From an uncultured Candidatus Binatia bacterium (lineage in GTDB: Bacteria > Desulfobacterota > Binatia > UBA9968 > JAJDTQ01), in the NCBI GenBank assembly GCA_964291295.2, contig OZ219754.1, positions 1,024,001 to 1,088,000 of the forward strand: 64,000 nucleotides of DNA, read 5' to 3'. A program made the translations under genes and the position numbers. The notes below the pieces were generated by a model, which was given only the letters and a program-made list of their open reading frames with translations, did no database searches and was not told the DNA's origin. Numbering within the stretch: position 1 is the stretch's first letter; each line of letters opens with the position of its first letter. Positions 27,909 to 41,353 of the stretch are shown piece by piece.

Positions 27909-28691
27909 TTGGGAAAGATCATCGCCATAGCCAATCAGAAGGGCGGGGTTGGAAAGACCACCACGGCGGTGAATCTCGGTGCTTCACTGGCGGACGCGAT
28001 GAAGCGGACCCTGCTCGTGGACATGGACCCTCAGGCGAACAGCACGACCGGGTTCGGGGTCGACCCGAAGTCTCTCAACAAAAGCATCTACGACGTGATG
28101 CTCGAGAACTGCTTCGTCACCGAGGCCATCTGCGCCACGGAGTTGCCCTCGCTGTTTCTGCTTCCCGCCACCCGCGACCTGGTGAGCGCCGAGCTCCAGA
28201 TGATCGACATGGAAGACCGCACCGGGCGGCTGAGGCAGGCGCTGGAGACCGTCAGGTATCGGTTTGACTACATCCTGCTGGACTGTCCGCCTTCTCTGGG
28301 GCTCCTCACGCTCAATGCCCTTGTGGCGGCAGATTCGTTGCTGGTCCCGCTTCAGTGCGAGTACTATGCCCTCGAAGGCCTCAGTGCGGTTCTCGACACC
28401 ATGAAACGCGTCCGAACCGCGTACAACCAGCGTCTCCGGTTCGAGGGAGTCCTGCTCTGCATGTACGACGGCCGCAGCAACCTCTCGGCCCAAGTGGCGC
28501 AGGACGTCCGCAGCCACTTCCCCGACAGCGTTTTCGAGACCGTCATTCCTCGAAACGTCCGACTGAGTGAGAGCCCCAGCCACGGAAGGCCGGCACTGCT
28601 GTACGATGCCCGTTCGACCGGGGCACAGAGCTACCTGAGCCTCGCCGCCGAACTGATGGGTCGGAAGGAGCGAAGCCATGCAGAAGAATAG
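27909..28691 (+). CDS. parA: chromosome partitioning ATPase ParA/Soj
   Basis: [46 protein letters not shown]. Confidence 0.95.
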   Translation: MGKIIAIANQKGGVGKTTTAVNLGASLADAMKRTLLVDMDPQANSTTGFGVDPKSLNKSIYDVMLENCFVTEAICATELPSLFLLPATRDLVSAELQMIDMEDRTGRLRQALETVRYRFDYILLDCPPSLGLLTLNALVAADSLLVPLQCEYYALEGLSAVLDTMKRVRTAYNQRLRFEGVLLCMYDGRSNLSAQVAQDVRSHFPDSVFETVIPRNVRLSESPSHGRPALLYDARSTGAQSYLSLAAELMGRKERSHAEE

Positions 28692-29541
28692 ACTGGGACG
28701 GGGTCTGGACGCCCTGCTTCCTCAGGCCGAACCGGTTGTCCACGATCCCCGGCCGGGCACCCCGCCCACCTCGGTTCACCCTTCGTTGATCGTGCCGAAT
28801 CCGAACCAGCCCCGGCGCGCCTTCGACGATGTGAAGATCGAGGAACTAGCCAACTCCATCAAGGCCAGCGGCATGCTTCAGCCTCTGGTTGTCCGTGCCA
28901 CGGCCGCCGGCTATGAACTGATCGCCGGCGAGCGCCGCCTGCGTGCCGCGCGCCTTCTGGGAATGTTAGAAGTCCCTGTAATCGTTCACGAAACAACCGA
29001 TTCGAACTTGCTGCTCCTGGCCCTGATCGAGAACCTCCAGCGGGAGGATCTGAACCCCATCGAAGAAGCCGCGGCCCTGTCCGAACTGCAGGAACAGTTC
29101 AATCTCACCCAGGAGCAGGTGGCGGACAAGGTTGGCAGGAGCCGCTCCGCGGTTGCCAACTCGCTGAGGCTCCTGTCACTGCCCGGGCAGATCAGGGAGC
29201 ATGTGGCCCGAGGTGAACTTGCCGCCGGGCAGGCCCGGGCGCTTCTCGGTCTGGACGACCGTGCGACGCTGGCCTCGGCGGCACGCGAAGTCATGGGCAA
29301 GGGCCTGTCAACCCGTGACACCGAGGGCCTGGTCAAGCGGCTCAACCGTCCCAGGAGCGACAGGTCAAGGGACCGTCTCGACCCGGATCTGTCAAGTCTC
29401 GTCGAAACGTTGCAGCGCCGCCTCGGCACCCGGGTAAGGATCATGCACCGGGCCCGGGACGACAAGGGAAAGCTGGAAATAGAGTACTATTCTCAGGACG
29501 ACCTGGGTCGTATCACCGACATGATGATGGGCAACCGGTAG
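28678..29541 (+). CDS. parB: chromosome partitioning protein ParB
   Basis: [48 protein letters not shown]. Confidence 0.95.
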   Translation: MQKNRLGRGLDALLPQAEPVVHDPRPGTPPTSVHPSLIVPNPNQPRRAFDDVKIEELANSIKASGMLQPLVVRATAAGYELIAGERRLRAARLLGMLEVPVIVHETTDSNLLLLALIENLQREDLNPIEEAAALSELQEQFNLTQEQVADKVGRSRSAVANSLRLLSLPGQIREHVARGELAAGQARALLGLDDRATLASAAREVMGKGLSTRDTEGLVKRLNRPRSDRSRDRLDPDLSSLVETLQRRLGTRVRIMHRARDDKGKLEIEYYSQDDLGRITDMMMGNR

Positions 29542-29894
29542 ACGCCGCCGCCCGGCGCCGGCGGCCTTTCCCGGGGCTCGCGCGCGGCGAGGGGCAATGC
29601 GGAGCCAGTCCGGTGATCCGGTCCATTTCCGCTGCTCCATCGCCCGGTTGGATCTGTTCGAGGCGACCTTTGCCGCGGGCAGATCCGGTGGTTCCGCGGG
29701 CAGGCCCGGGCGGTCCGTCCGTTCCTGGTGTTTCATTTCCAGCGGTCCATGCGGGACCGGTTTTTACTGTCGACGTGCCGGTTTCGTCCTCGAAATGCCG
29801 CTGTCAAACTCCACGACGGCACAGCAGCGGTCGGTCGCGACAGTTTCCCGCGGCCTCCGACGGCCAATTGTTCCGGCGGCCGGGGCCGCTCTCT

Positions 29895-29923
29895 TTGACA
29901 TGGATGGGTGCGGATGCTATAGA
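29895..29923 (+). promoter_or_regulatory. sigma70-type promoter for the atp operon
   Basis: TTGACA-N17-TATAGA with extended -10 TG. Confidence 0.6.
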
Positions 29924-30291
29924 CCTGCGTTGGTCGGCAGTTGAAAGAGGTTCTCCTTTCCTCGAACTGCGAGCAGACTCATCCGGCGCGCCAGCGGGGC
30001 CGCGCTTTCGTGGAACAACCGGGCAGACGGCAACCGGGCGGATTATCGAAGCTTTCCCTTCCGGGAACATTTTTTCGGGAGCGTTCTTTTCGGAACGCGT
30101 CATTGCACGACGGGCTTCGTGACAGCTTTCGTTCGCGACAGCGTTCGTGACGGATTTCGTCGCGCAGACACGGGAAAGGAAACGAGTTTTTTTACAGGCT
30201 GCTGGCGGCATCCTGGTTCACGGCCTCTCCGCCTCTTCTCGAGACAGGGCTCCCCGTCCGAATCCGGCGTCGACGGCACCGAGTGCGAAGC

Positions 30292-30720
30292 ATGATCAGC
30301 GTAGACTTTTCCCTGGTGGTCCAAATCGTCCTGTTCCTGGTCCTCTGGAGCATCCTGCGCCGGGTTCTGTTCGGTCCCGTCGGGCGCCTGATGACCGAAC
30401 GGGACCGTCGCACCGAGGGTGCCCACGCCGAGGCCCGCTCCATGGTTCAGGAAGGAAAGGAATTGCAGGAGCGATACGACGCCGCCATCGACAAGGCGCG
30501 CGCCGAAGGGGAAGCGGTCAAGAGTCAGATCCGGGAGGAGGCGCTCAAGGCCCGCAACGTCATCCTGTCCCAGGGGCGCGACGCCGCCACCCGGAAGGTG
30601 CAGGAGGTCCGGGACGAGGTCCGCAAGGAACTTGAGGCGGCACGTCAGGTCGCCTCGGTCAACGCTGACGCGCTGGCGCGGCAGATGGCGGAAAAGGTTC
30701 TGGGCCGGACGCTGACATGA
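30292..30720 (+). CDS. atpF: ATP synthase F0 subunit b'
   Basis: N-terminal TM helix then charged coiled coil; first gene of the atp cluster. Confidence 0.88.
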   Translation: MISVDFSLVVQIVLFLVLWSILRRVLFGPVGRLMTERDRRTEGAHAEARSMVQEGKELQERYDAAIDKARAEGEAVKSQIREEALKARNVILSQGRDAATRKVQEVRDEVRKELEAARQVASVNADALARQMAEKVLGRTLT

Positions 30721-31259
30721 CCCGATTGAGCGACATCCTGGTATCCGCGGCATGGGCCGCAACAGGGGCCGAGGCCCACACTCCGTCCATTACGGAACTG
30801 CTGTTCCCGCTGATCAACTTCCTGATCTTCGCGTATCTGGTCAAGCGCTACGGCCTTCCGCTGATCCGACAGCACCTGAAGCAGCGCCGCGAAAGACTCG
30901 TCGAGGCGGTGACCACGGCCTCCCGGGCCAAGGGCGAGGCCGAAAAGTATGTTCGCAAGTACCAGGAATCCTTGGAGGTTCTCGAGAGCCAGTGCGAGCG
31001 GATTCGGGAGGCGCTGAGGGCCGAGGGCGAGCGCGAGCGTTCCCGGATCATGGCCGAGGCGGAGGAAACCGCGGCCAAGCTGAAGGCCGACGCGGACTTT
31101 CTGGCGGATCAGGAGATCAAGATGGCGCGCCAACAGGTTCGCGCCGAGATGGCGCTGCTGGCCGAGGCCGCCGCAGAACGGGTGATTCGGCAGCACATGG
31201 CGGCTGCCGACCAGGACCGCATGGTCGATAGCTTCGCGCGGCAGATACGGGAACTCTGA
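30717..31259 (+). CDS. atpF: ATP synthase F0 subunit b
   Basis: LINFLIF TM segment and coiled coil. Confidence 0.88.
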   Translation: MTRLSDILVSAAWAATGAEAHTPSITELLFPLINFLIFAYLVKRYGLPLIRQHLKQRRERLVEAVTTASRAKGEAEKYVRKYQESLEVLESQCERIREALRAEGERERSRIMAEAEETAAKLKADADFLADQEIKMARQQVRAEMALLAEAAAERVIRQHMAAADQDRMVDSFARQIREL

Positions 31260-31274
31260 CGGAATTCGCAGCCG

Positions 31275-31811
31275 ATGATCGAAGGAAAGCTGAGCCGCCG
31301 TTACGCAAAGGCCGTTTTCGGGCTCGCCGCCGGCCGGCAGGAGGCCATCGGAGCCGAGCTCGACGGTTTTCTCGAAGCCTTCGAGAACCCCAGCCTCAGG
31401 AAGGTACTGGGAAACCCGGCGTTCCACCAGGAGCGTCGCAAGGATATCGTGGTGGATGTGGCCGCGCGGCTCGGTCTCTCGGAGTTGACCACCCACTTTT
31501 TCTCGCTGCTGGTGACCCGGGACCGCCTGGACGGATTGTCTTCCATCGTGCGCCAATACCATCGCCTTCTGGACGATTCGGCGGGCCGGGTGAACGCCAG
31601 GGTGGTGGTGGCCCAACCCTTGGGCGACGAACGGCGGGACAGCTTGGCCGCGGTGGTTGGCGAGAGGACCGGCAAGACCGCCGTTCTCACGGAAGAAGTG
31701 GATCCGGCCATCATCGGCGGCATCATCGTCGAGGTCGGCGGCAAGGTCTACGACGGGAGCGTGCGCACCCGTCTTCAGAACCTCAGGAAGAACATCGAAC
31801 GGACACTCTAG
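31275..31811 (+). CDS. atpH: ATP synthase delta subunit
   Basis: RRYAKA, VDPAIIGG, YDGSVR. Confidence 0.93.
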   Translation: MIEGKLSRRYAKAVFGLAAGRQEAIGAELDGFLEAFENPSLRKVLGNPAFHQERRKDIVVDVAARLGLSELTTHFFSLLVTRDRLDGLSSIVRQYHRLLDDSAGRVNARVVVAQPLGDERRDSLAAVVGERTGKTAVLTEEVDPAIIGGIIVEVGGKVYDGSVRTRLQNLRKNIERTL

Positions 31812-31862
31812 CGGAGCGATGGCGGGCGCGGTCCCGCCCGTGAAGTCCAAGGGAGCGACGCC

Positions 31863-33371
31863 ATGGAGATCGGCACTGCCGAGATAACCCGCATCATCAG
31901 GAAGCAGATCGAAGACTACGACAAGGGCGTGACCGTCGAGGAGATCGGCACCGTCCTGTCCACCGGCGATGGTATCGCCCGGGTCTACGGGCTGGACAAC
32001 GCGGCCGCCGGCGAACTCCTGGAGTTTCCCGGCGAAGTTTACGGCATGGCGTTGAACCTTGAGGAGGACAATGTCGGTGCGGCAATCTTCGGCGAGTCCC
32101 ACCTCATCAAGGAGGGTGACCGCGTCAACCGCACGGGTCGTATCGTCGAGGTTCCGGTGGGCGACGCCCTGCGCGGCCGTGTCGTGAGTCCCCTGGGGGA
32201 GCCCATCGACGGCCGCGGCCCCATCGAGACCACCGAGCGGCGCCGGGTCGAGATCAAGGCCCCGGGCATCGTGCAGCGCCAGCCGGTGACGCAACCGCTG
32301 CAGACGGGACTCAAGGCCATCGACTCCATGATCCCCATCGGTCGGGGCCAGCGGGAACTCATCATCGGCGACCGCCAGACCGGCAAGACCGCGGTCTGCC
32401 TCGATACCATCATCAATCAGAAAGGCGGCGACGTCACCTGCATCTACGTGGCTGTGGGCCAGAAGCGTTCCACCGTGGCCCAGGTGGTGGACCAGCTCCG
32501 GCAGTACGGCGCCATGGACTACACCATCGTGGTGGCCGCCACCGCTTCGGAGTCGGCCCCGCTCCAGTACATCGCGCCGTACAGCGGCTGCACCATGGGC
32601 GAGCACATCCGGGACAACGGCGGCCACGCCTTGGCCATCTACGACGACCTGTCGAAGCATGCGGTGGCGTACCGGCAGCTCTCGCTGCTGCTGCGGCGCC
32701 CGCCGGGCCGCGAGGCGTTTCCGGGCGACGTCTTCTACCTGCATTCCCGGTTGCTGGAGCGCGCGGCGAAGATGAGCGACGAGCAGGGCGGCGGCTCGCT
32801 GACGGCGTTGCCGATCATCGAGACCCAGGCGGGCGATGTCTCGGCCTACATCCCCACCAACGTCATCTCCATCACCGACGGCCAGATATATCTCGAGTCG
32901 GACCTCTTCTACTCCGGCGTCCGCCCGGCCATCAACGTCGGCCTGTCGGTTTCCCGCGTTGGCGGCAACGCCCAGATCCGGGCCATGAAGCAGGTCGCCG
33001 GCGGGCTTCGGCTGGACCTTGCCCAGTACCGCGAGATGGCGGCCTTCGCACAGTTCGGATCGGACCTTGACGTGGCAACCCAGCGGCAGATCGCCCGCGG
33101 CAGCCGCCTGGTGGAGATTCTCAAGCAGGGACAGTACCAGCCCATGCCCGTGGAGAAGCAGGTGCTCATCATCCATGCGGGCACCAACGGCTTCGTCGAC
33201 CAGGTGGAACCGGAGAATCTGCGGCGGTACGAGAATGAGTTGTTCGAGTTCGTGGAGTCGCGATATCCGGACCTGCTTCCGGCCATCGTCGAGAAGGGCC
33301 GGATCGACGATGACAACAAGGCGGCGGCGGAGAAGGCGCTGCAGGAGTTCGGTCAAGGGTTCGAAGCGTAG
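31863..33371 (+). CDS. atpA: ATP synthase alpha subunit
   Basis: [29 protein letters not shown]. Confidence 0.98.
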   Translation: MEIGTAEITRIIRKQIEDYDKGVTVEEIGTVLSTGDGIARVYGLDNAAAGELLEFPGEVYGMALNLEEDNVGAAIFGESHLIKEGDRVNRTGRIVEVPVGDALRGRVVSPLGEPIDGRGPIETTERRRVEIKAPGIVQRQPVTQPLQTGLKAIDSMIPIGRGQRELIIGDRQTGKTAVCLDTIINQKGGDVTCIYVAVGQKRSTVAQVVDQLRQYGAMDYTIVVAATASESAPLQYIAPYSGCTMGEHIRDNGGHALAIYDDLSKHAVAYRQLSLLLRRPPGREAFPGDVFYLHSRLLERAAKMSDEQGGGSLTALPIIETQAGDVSAYIPTNVISITDGQIYLESDLFYSGVRPAINVGLSVSRVGGNAQIRAMKQVAGGLRLDLAQYREMAAFAQFGSDLDVATQRQIARGSRLVEILKQGQYQPMPVEKQVLIIHAGTNGFVDQVEPENLRRYENELFEFVESRYPDLLPAIVEKGRIDDDNKAAAEKALQEFGQGFEA

Positions 33372-35659
<2,288 letters not shown>

Positions 35660-35662
35660 GTC

Positions 35663-36067
35663 ATGGCCATCGCCCTGAAAGTCGTCACCCCGGTCCGGCT
35701 GGTGCTCGACGAGCAGGTGGACGAGTTGACCGCGCCCGGTCCTTTGGGCCAGCTCGGTATCCTGCCCGACCACGCGGCGTTGATGACCACGCTGGACATC
35801 GGACAGCTCCGCTACCGGAAGTCCGGCGCCAACCCCGCCATCACCATCACCGGAGGCTACGCCGAGGTGCTCGCCAACGTCGTCACCGTGCTCGCCAACG
35901 CCGCCGAGTTCCCGGACGAGATTGATGTCGCCCGAGCCGAGAACGCCCGGGTCCGGGCCGAACGCATCCTCGAAGACCGCGCCAACGCTGGCGAGGAGGC
36001 GCTGCTGGCCGCGGAGGCCGCGCTGCGCCGCGCCCTGGTTCGCCTCGAAACCGCCCGACGCAGCTGA
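35663..36067 (+). CDS. atpC: ATP synthase epsilon subunit
   Basis: VVTP, GQLGILPDH, GGYAEV. Confidence 0.94.
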   Translation: MAIALKVVTPVRLVLDEQVDELTAPGPLGQLGILPDHAALMTTLDIGQLRYRKSGANPAITITGGYAEVLANVVTVLANAAEFPDEIDVARAENARVRAERILEDRANAGEEALLAAEAALRRALVRLETARRS

Positions 36068-36180
36068 GCGGCCCGCAGCGCGGTCCATGCGGAGCACGGG
36101 CGCCTGCCCGGAAAGGTGGCCGCGGTTTTGCGTAGCCTTCCCGCATGGAAGGACGCACCCCCACATGGCGGCAGACCGAG

Positions 36181-37068
36181 ATGCCTGGATTGACAACAAC
36201 GGCGTCGGACCCGATCCGGACTTCTCCGATTCCGGCAGTGAATGTCGCCGCGGTGCCCCAACGAAGTCCGCTGCGATACCCTGGCGGCAAAACATGGTTG
36301 ATTCCCCACATCCGGCATTGGCTCAAAGGCATCCATCCACGGCCCGCTCTGCTCGTGGAGCCGTTTGCCGGCGGCGGTATCGTTTCCTTGTCAGCAGTGA
36401 TGGAAGGACTGACGGAGCGGTGTATCATGGCCGAACTGGACCATGACGTTGCGGCGTTCTGGCATGCCTCCTTGAACCATGGTGTGAAGCTGTGCGACCG
36501 TGTCGCCACATTCGAGGCTACACGGGAGTCGGTAGATCGACTGTCCCGTAGCTGTCCCCGCGATGTGGTTGAACACGGGTTTCGTACGCTTGTGCTGAAC
36601 CGAACGCGACGCGGCGGCATTCTGGCACAGGGTGCGTCCTTGAATCGCATGGGGGAGAATGGCAAAGGTGTGGCGTCTCGCTGGTACCCGGACACCCTCA
36701 CAAGGCGTTTGCAGGAAATCGCCAACTACGCGGACCGCATCGGGTTCTGTGAAACCGATGGAAACAAGCTGCTGGATTTGCTTCCATCCGGTGGTGATGC
36801 GGTCGTGTTCGTCGACCCGCCCTACACGGCTGGCCGCAAGCGGGCGGGAAAGCGACTCTACGCCTGTCATGAAATGGACCATGACGGACTGTTCCAGCGC
36901 CTTGCGGACAGCGGCATGGATTTTCTGATGACGTACAATCGGGCGCAAGAGATTGAGGCCCTGATTCGAAAGCACGGGTTCCACGCCGTTCAGGTGATGA
37001 TGAAGAACGCGCATCACGCTCGCATACCGGAACTGGTCATTACATCGCGGAAAGTCTTCGTGGAGTGA
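36181..37068 (+). CDS. Dam/D12-class amino-DNA methyltransferase
   Basis: SPLRYPGGKTW, VEPFAGGG, FVDPPY; start 36145 or 36181. Confidence 0.88.
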   Translation: MPGLTTTASDPIRTSPIPAVNVAAVPQRSPLRYPGGKTWLIPHIRHWLKGIHPRPALLVEPFAGGGIVSLSAVMEGLTERCIMAELDHDVAAFWHASLNHGVKLCDRVATFEATRESVDRLSRSCPRDVVEHGFRTLVLNRTRRGGILAQGASLNRMGENGKGVASRWYPDTLTRRLQEIANYADRIGFCETDGNKLLDLLPSGGDAVVFVDPPYTAGRKRAGKRLYACHEMDHDGLFQRLADSGMDFLMTYNRAQEIEALIRKHGFHAVQVMMKNAHHARIPELVITSRKVFVE

Positions 37069-37931
37069 ACCCTCGTCACGGAATCGCGGAATGGTAGGGC
37101 AGGGCCTTTCCTGGTCTTTCCGCGGACGAGCGTTGGCAGCTGGCGGAGTCGTCGCTCCGGCCCATCCAGGTTGCACCACCGTGTCCGTTTCAGAAAACCC
37201 GCCCGCCGTGTCGGAAACGGGGCGGCGTCTGTTCCCTCCAGCGTTACGAGGCGGGTGAAGATGGTCAGATCGGCCTGCCGGCCATCGTGTGCCCGGTCAG
37301 ATTCGAAGCCGGGCAAGTGATCGTCGATTGGCTTGCAGAGATCGTCGGGTTTTCCTCGGGGGAGGCGATGTTGGCGCGAGAAGTGCCGTTCATGCAGAGT
37401 ACCAGCACGGGTAAACCTGCCGGGAAGATCGATCTTGTCGTCGCCAAGACTTCCCGGAGCGCTGTCTCGTGGTACGGTTTGGAGATTCAGGCCGTTTACT
37501 TCTCCGGTCCTTCCATGGAGTCCGGGTTCGAGAGCATCCGAAGCCACGGGAAACCGAAGCCGCCGTTTCCGAGTGCAGTCCGGCGACCGGATTGGCGGTC
37601 TTCGAGTGCGAAGCGCCTGATGCCGCAGTTGCAGATCAAGGTCCCTACGCTTCGGCGTTGGGGGTCGAAGATCGCAGTGGCCGTAGATCGTCCCTTTTTT
37701 GAAGCAATTGGTGGGCCGGGTTCGTCTCCGAACCGCGACCTCAACGACGGTGACGTCATCTGGCTGGTCCCGGAGATGACTCTCGACGACACGGTTCAGT
37801 ATCGGTTCTCCCGAGGGCATTGGGAAGTCCTGACGTTGGAGGAGACGGTCACGAAGTTGCTGGCCGCTTCCACCGTTCCGCGCGAGGCATTCGAACGGGA
37901 GCTTCTGAACAAGCTGGAGCCGCTGGCCTGA
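37065..37931 (+). pseudogene. NotI-family restriction endonuclease with in-frame amber stop at codon 11
   Basis: GTG overlaps the methyltransferase stop; IAEW*G (TAG 37095-37097), then CPF..C..GGVCS..CPVRF Cys cluster, LEIQAVYFSG, RPDWRSSSAKRLMPQL. Confidence 0.8.
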
Positions 37932-37998
37932 CGGCTGATGGATCGGGCGGGGCCGGCGTTATTGGCCGGGGACGCGCATTTGGGCTAGGATGTGAACC

Positions 37999-39192
37999 AT
38001 GTTGCGTTATTTCACGGCAGGCGAGTCCCACGGGCCGTGCCTCACCACCATCGTCGAGGGGGTGCCGGCCGGGTTCGACATCAGCATCGACAAGGTCAAT
38101 CACGATCTCTGGCGGCGCCAGCAGGGCTACGGCCGGGGCGGCCGGATGCTCATCGAGAAGGATGAGGTGCAGGTACGGTCCGGGCTCCGGTGGGGCAAGA
38201 CCCTGGGTTCGCCGGTGACCTTCGGCATCGACAACCGCGACTGGAAGAACTGGACGCGGAAGATGTCCCCTTACGCGGAAGACGAGGGCCAGGCCATCCC
38301 GGTCAAGAAGCCTCGTCCGGGCCACGCGGACCTCGCCGGCATCCTCAAGTACGGCCATTCGGATATCCGCAACATCCTCGAGCGCGCCAGCGCCCGGGAG
38401 ACCGTTTCCCGGGTGGCGGTGGGCTCCTTCTGCAAGCAGCTCATCGCGCCCTTCTCGATCACGGTGCGGGGCTACCTCCGCTCCCTCGGCGGCATCGCCG
38501 CGGACGTGGACGGGAAGAGCTACGACGAGATCTTCGAACGGGCCGAGAACTCGCCGGTGCGCATGGCGGACCCGGAAGCCGAGAAGAAGGCCATCGCGCT
38601 GATCGACGAGTGCAAGAAGGAAGGGAACACTTTGGGCGGCGTCTTCGAGGTAGTGGCGACCGGGGTGCCGCCGGGCCTCGGGAGCCATGTGCACTGGGAC
38701 CGGAAGCTGGACGGCCGGCTGGCCCGGGGCCTCATGAGCATCCAGGCCATGAAGGGGGTGGAGATCGGCCGCGGCTTCGACATGGCCATGCGGCGTGGCT
38801 CCGAGGTGCACGACGAGATCTTCTTCGACCCCCGGCACGCCAGTTCCGACCCCCGGCGCATGTACCCCACCGACTTCTACCGCGGCAGCAACAACGCGGG
38901 CGGGCTGGAAGGCGGCATGACCACGGGTGCTCCGCTGGTGGTGAGGGTCGCCATGAAGCCCATTTCCACTCTCATGAGCCCCCTTCAGTCGGTGAATCTC
39001 GAGACCCGGCAGCCCGAGGACGCTTCGGTGGAGCGCTCGGATGTCTGTTCCGCGCCGGCGGCGGCGGTCATCGGCGAGGCCATCGTCTCCTTCGAGTTGG
39101 CGCGGGCGTTCCTGGAAAAGTTCGGGGGCGACTCGCTGGCGGAGATCAACCGCAACTATGACGGTTACCTGGAGCAGATCAAAAGCCTCTGA
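37999..39192 (+). CDS. aroC: chorismate synthase
   Basis: TAGESHG, PRPGHAD, ERASARET, GGLEGGMT, MKPIST. Confidence 0.96.
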   Translation: MLRYFTAGESHGPCLTTIVEGVPAGFDISIDKVNHDLWRRQQGYGRGGRMLIEKDEVQVRSGLRWGKTLGSPVTFGIDNRDWKNWTRKMSPYAEDEGQAIPVKKPRPGHADLAGILKYGHSDIRNILERASARETVSRVAVGSFCKQLIAPFSITVRGYLRSLGGIAADVDGKSYDEIFERAENSPVRMADPEAEKKAIALIDECKKEGNTLGGVFEVVATGVPPGLGSHVHWDRKLDGRLARGLMSIQAMKGVEIGRGFDMAMRRGSEVHDEIFFDPRHASSDPRRMYPTDFYRGSNNAGGLEGGMTTGAPLVVRVAMKPISTLMSPLQSVNLETRQPEDASVERSDVCSAPAAAVIGEAIVSFELARAFLEKFGGDSLAEINRNYDGYLEQIKSL

Positions 39193-39198
39193 GAGCGC

Positions 39199-39717
39199 GT
39201 GACAGCGGTTCACGGAAACATCGCGCTGGCGGGTTTCATGGCCGCCGGCAAGACCGTCGTGGGCCAAAGGCTGGCACGGGTCCTGGGCTGGCCGTTCGTG
39301 GATCTGGACGCCGTCATCGAGGCCGGCGAGGGCCGTTCCATTCGCGAGATCTTCGCCGGCCCCGGAGAAGGATACTTCCGCGAATGCGAGAAGGCGGCCC
39401 TCGGAGAGGTGCTGGCAGGGGCCGGCCAGGTCATTGCCCTGGGCGGCGGCGCGGTGGTGGACCCGGACAATCTGCGGCTGCTCAAGGAGCGCAGCCTGCT
39501 GATCTGGCTCAAGGTGTCGCCGCGGACCGTTCTGAGCCGGCTCGGAACCGCCGGAGACCGCCCCCTGCTGCAGGGACCCGGCCGGCTCGAGCGGATCCGG
39601 GAGCTGTCGGCGCAGCGGGAAGAAGTCTATGCCGAGGCCGCCGTCACCGTGGACACCGACGCGTTGACCGTGGAACAGGTGGTTCAGCGCATCCGTCGGG
39701 AGCTATGCAGACCATAA
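39199..39717 (+). CDS. aroK: shikimate kinase
   Basis: GFMAAGKT, FVDLD, GEGYFR, LGGG, RPLL. Confidence 0.93.
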   Translation: MTAVHGNIALAGFMAAGKTVVGQRLARVLGWPFVDLDAVIEAGEGRSIREIFAGPGEGYFRECEKAALGEVLAGAGQVIALGGGAVVDPDNLRLLKERSLLIWLKVSPRTVLSRLGTAGDRPLLQGPGRLERIRELSAQREEVYAEAAVTVDTDALTVEQVVQRIRRELCRP

Positions 39718-40790
39718 ACGTTGATCTGGGGCGGCGGTCGTACCCCATAGAGTTGGGCGAGGGGCTCCTTTCCCGCGTGGGCAAGCTCATGAAGGCCCGG
39801 GGAATCGGCGGCCGCATCGCCGTGGTGTCCAACCCGCCGGTGGCGGCCCTCTACGCCGAGGAAGTCCGGGAGTCGCTCCAGGATGCGGGTTACGAGACCG
39901 TGCTGGTGCTGATCCCGGAGGGCGAGGCGCACAAGAACACGGCGTCCCTGGGGTTGATCTACGATGCGCTGGTGGCGCACCGCTTCGACCGCGGCGCCAC
40001 GCTGGTGGCCTTGGGCGGCGGGGTCATCGGCGACGTCACGGGATTCGCCGCCGCCACTTTCCTGCGCGGCATCGGCCATGTCCAGATCCCCACCACCCTG
40101 CTGGCGCAGGTGGACGCCAGCGTGGGCGGCAAGACCGCGGTCAACCACGATGCGGGCAAGAATCTCATCGGTGCCTTCCATCAGCCCCGGCTGGTGGTCA
40201 TCGACATGAAGACCCTGCGGACACTGCCGCGGCGCGAATTCGCCGCCGGGATGGCGGAGGTGATAAAGCACGCCATCATTCGGGACGCCGGGTACTTCGG
40301 GTTTCTGGAAAAGGAGATGGACTCGCTGTTGCGCCTGGCCCCGGGGGTCGTGGAGCAAGCCGTGGCCGTCTCCTGCCGCATCAAGGCGGCGGTGGTGGAG
40401 CGGGACGAGCGGGAGCAGGACCGCCGCGCCATCCTCAACTTCGGCCACACCATCGGCCACGCGCTGGAGGCCTTCACGGGATACGAAAGGTTCCTCCACG
40501 GCGAGGCGGTAGCCATCGGCATGATCCAGGCGGCGGTCCTGTCTGCGGGCCGGGAGCTGCTGAGCGCCGGCGACCTGGAGCGCATCAGGAGGCTGGTGCG
40601 CAGAGCGGGCCTGCCGTGGCAGGTGCCGGACGACGTGGCCCTGGAGGATCTCGTGGCCGGCATGGCGCTGGACAAGAAGTCCCATGCCGGCAAGATCAGG
40701 TTCGTGCTTTGCGAAGGCATCGGCGGGACCCGGTTCCAGTGGTTCTCCGCACACGAGATCGTCCGGGAGCTGGCGTCCGCGCGTTCCTGA
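39705..40790 (+). CDS. aroB: 3-dehydroquinate synthase
   Basis: [38 protein letters not shown]. Confidence 0.95.
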   Translation: MQTINVDLGRRSYPIELGEGLLSRVGKLMKARGIGGRIAVVSNPPVAALYAEEVRESLQDAGYETVLVLIPEGEAHKNTASLGLIYDALVAHRFDRGATLVALGGGVIGDVTGFAAATFLRGIGHVQIPTTLLAQVDASVGGKTAVNHDAGKNLIGAFHQPRLVVIDMKTLRTLPRREFAAGMAEVIKHAIIRDAGYFGFLEKEMDSLLRLAPGVVEQAVAVSCRIKAAVVERDEREQDRRAILNFGHTIGHALEAFTGYERFLHGEAVAIGMIQAAVLSAGRELLSAGDLERIRRLVRRAGLPWQVPDDVALEDLVAGMALDKKSHAGKIRFVLCEGIGGTRFQWFSAHEIVRELASARS

Positions 40791-40854
40791 GCAGTGGCCC
40801 GAAGACCGGCGCCACCATCGGCGGTGCCGGGCGGAGCGGAGTCGAAGGACAACC

Positions 40855-41313
40855 ATGCCCGACATCAGGATCCTGGTCCTCCACGGACCGAATCTGAACC
40901 TTCTTGGCTCCCGGGAGCCGGAGATCTACGGCCGCGGCACCCTGGCGGACATCGACGCCCGGCTGGGCTCCCTGGCCGCGGAGTTGGGGGTGGCCGTGCA
41001 GCCTCGACAGTCCAATCACGAAGGCGAGCTTGTCACCTGGATCCAGCAGGCCGGCGCCGAAGGATTCCACGCGCTGCTCATCAATGCCGGCGCCTACACC
41101 CACACCAGCATCGCGTTGCGGGACGCGCTGGCCGCAAGCGCTCTCCCGGCCGTGGAGGTCCACCTCTCCAACCTCCACAGGCGCGAGGCGTTTCGCAGGA
41201 CCTCCCTGATCGCGGAGGTCGTCGTGGGCCAGGTGGCGGGATTCGGTCCCCACAGCTACCTCCTCGCACTGCGCGCCGCGGCGGCGCTGGCGGCGGCGGA
41301 AGAGACGGGCTGA
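40855..41313 (+). CDS. aroQ: type II 3-dehydroquinate dehydratase
   Basis: [29 protein letters not shown]. Confidence 0.95.
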   Translation: MPDIRILVLHGPNLNLLGSREPEIYGRGTLADIDARLGSLAAELGVAVQPRQSNHEGELVTWIQQAGAEGFHALLINAGAYTHTSIALRDALAASALPAVEVHLSNLHRREAFRRTSLIAEVVVGQVAGFGPHSYLLALRAAAALAAAEETG

Positions 41314-41353
41314 CAGCGGCAGGCACCGGTGGAGGCATCGGCGCCGGAACATC

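Noticed and set aside
37095-37097. TAG as evidence of genome-wide amber recoding
   Set aside because: TAG terminates many core genes here (mnmE, parB, atpA, atpD, gyrB, gyrA).
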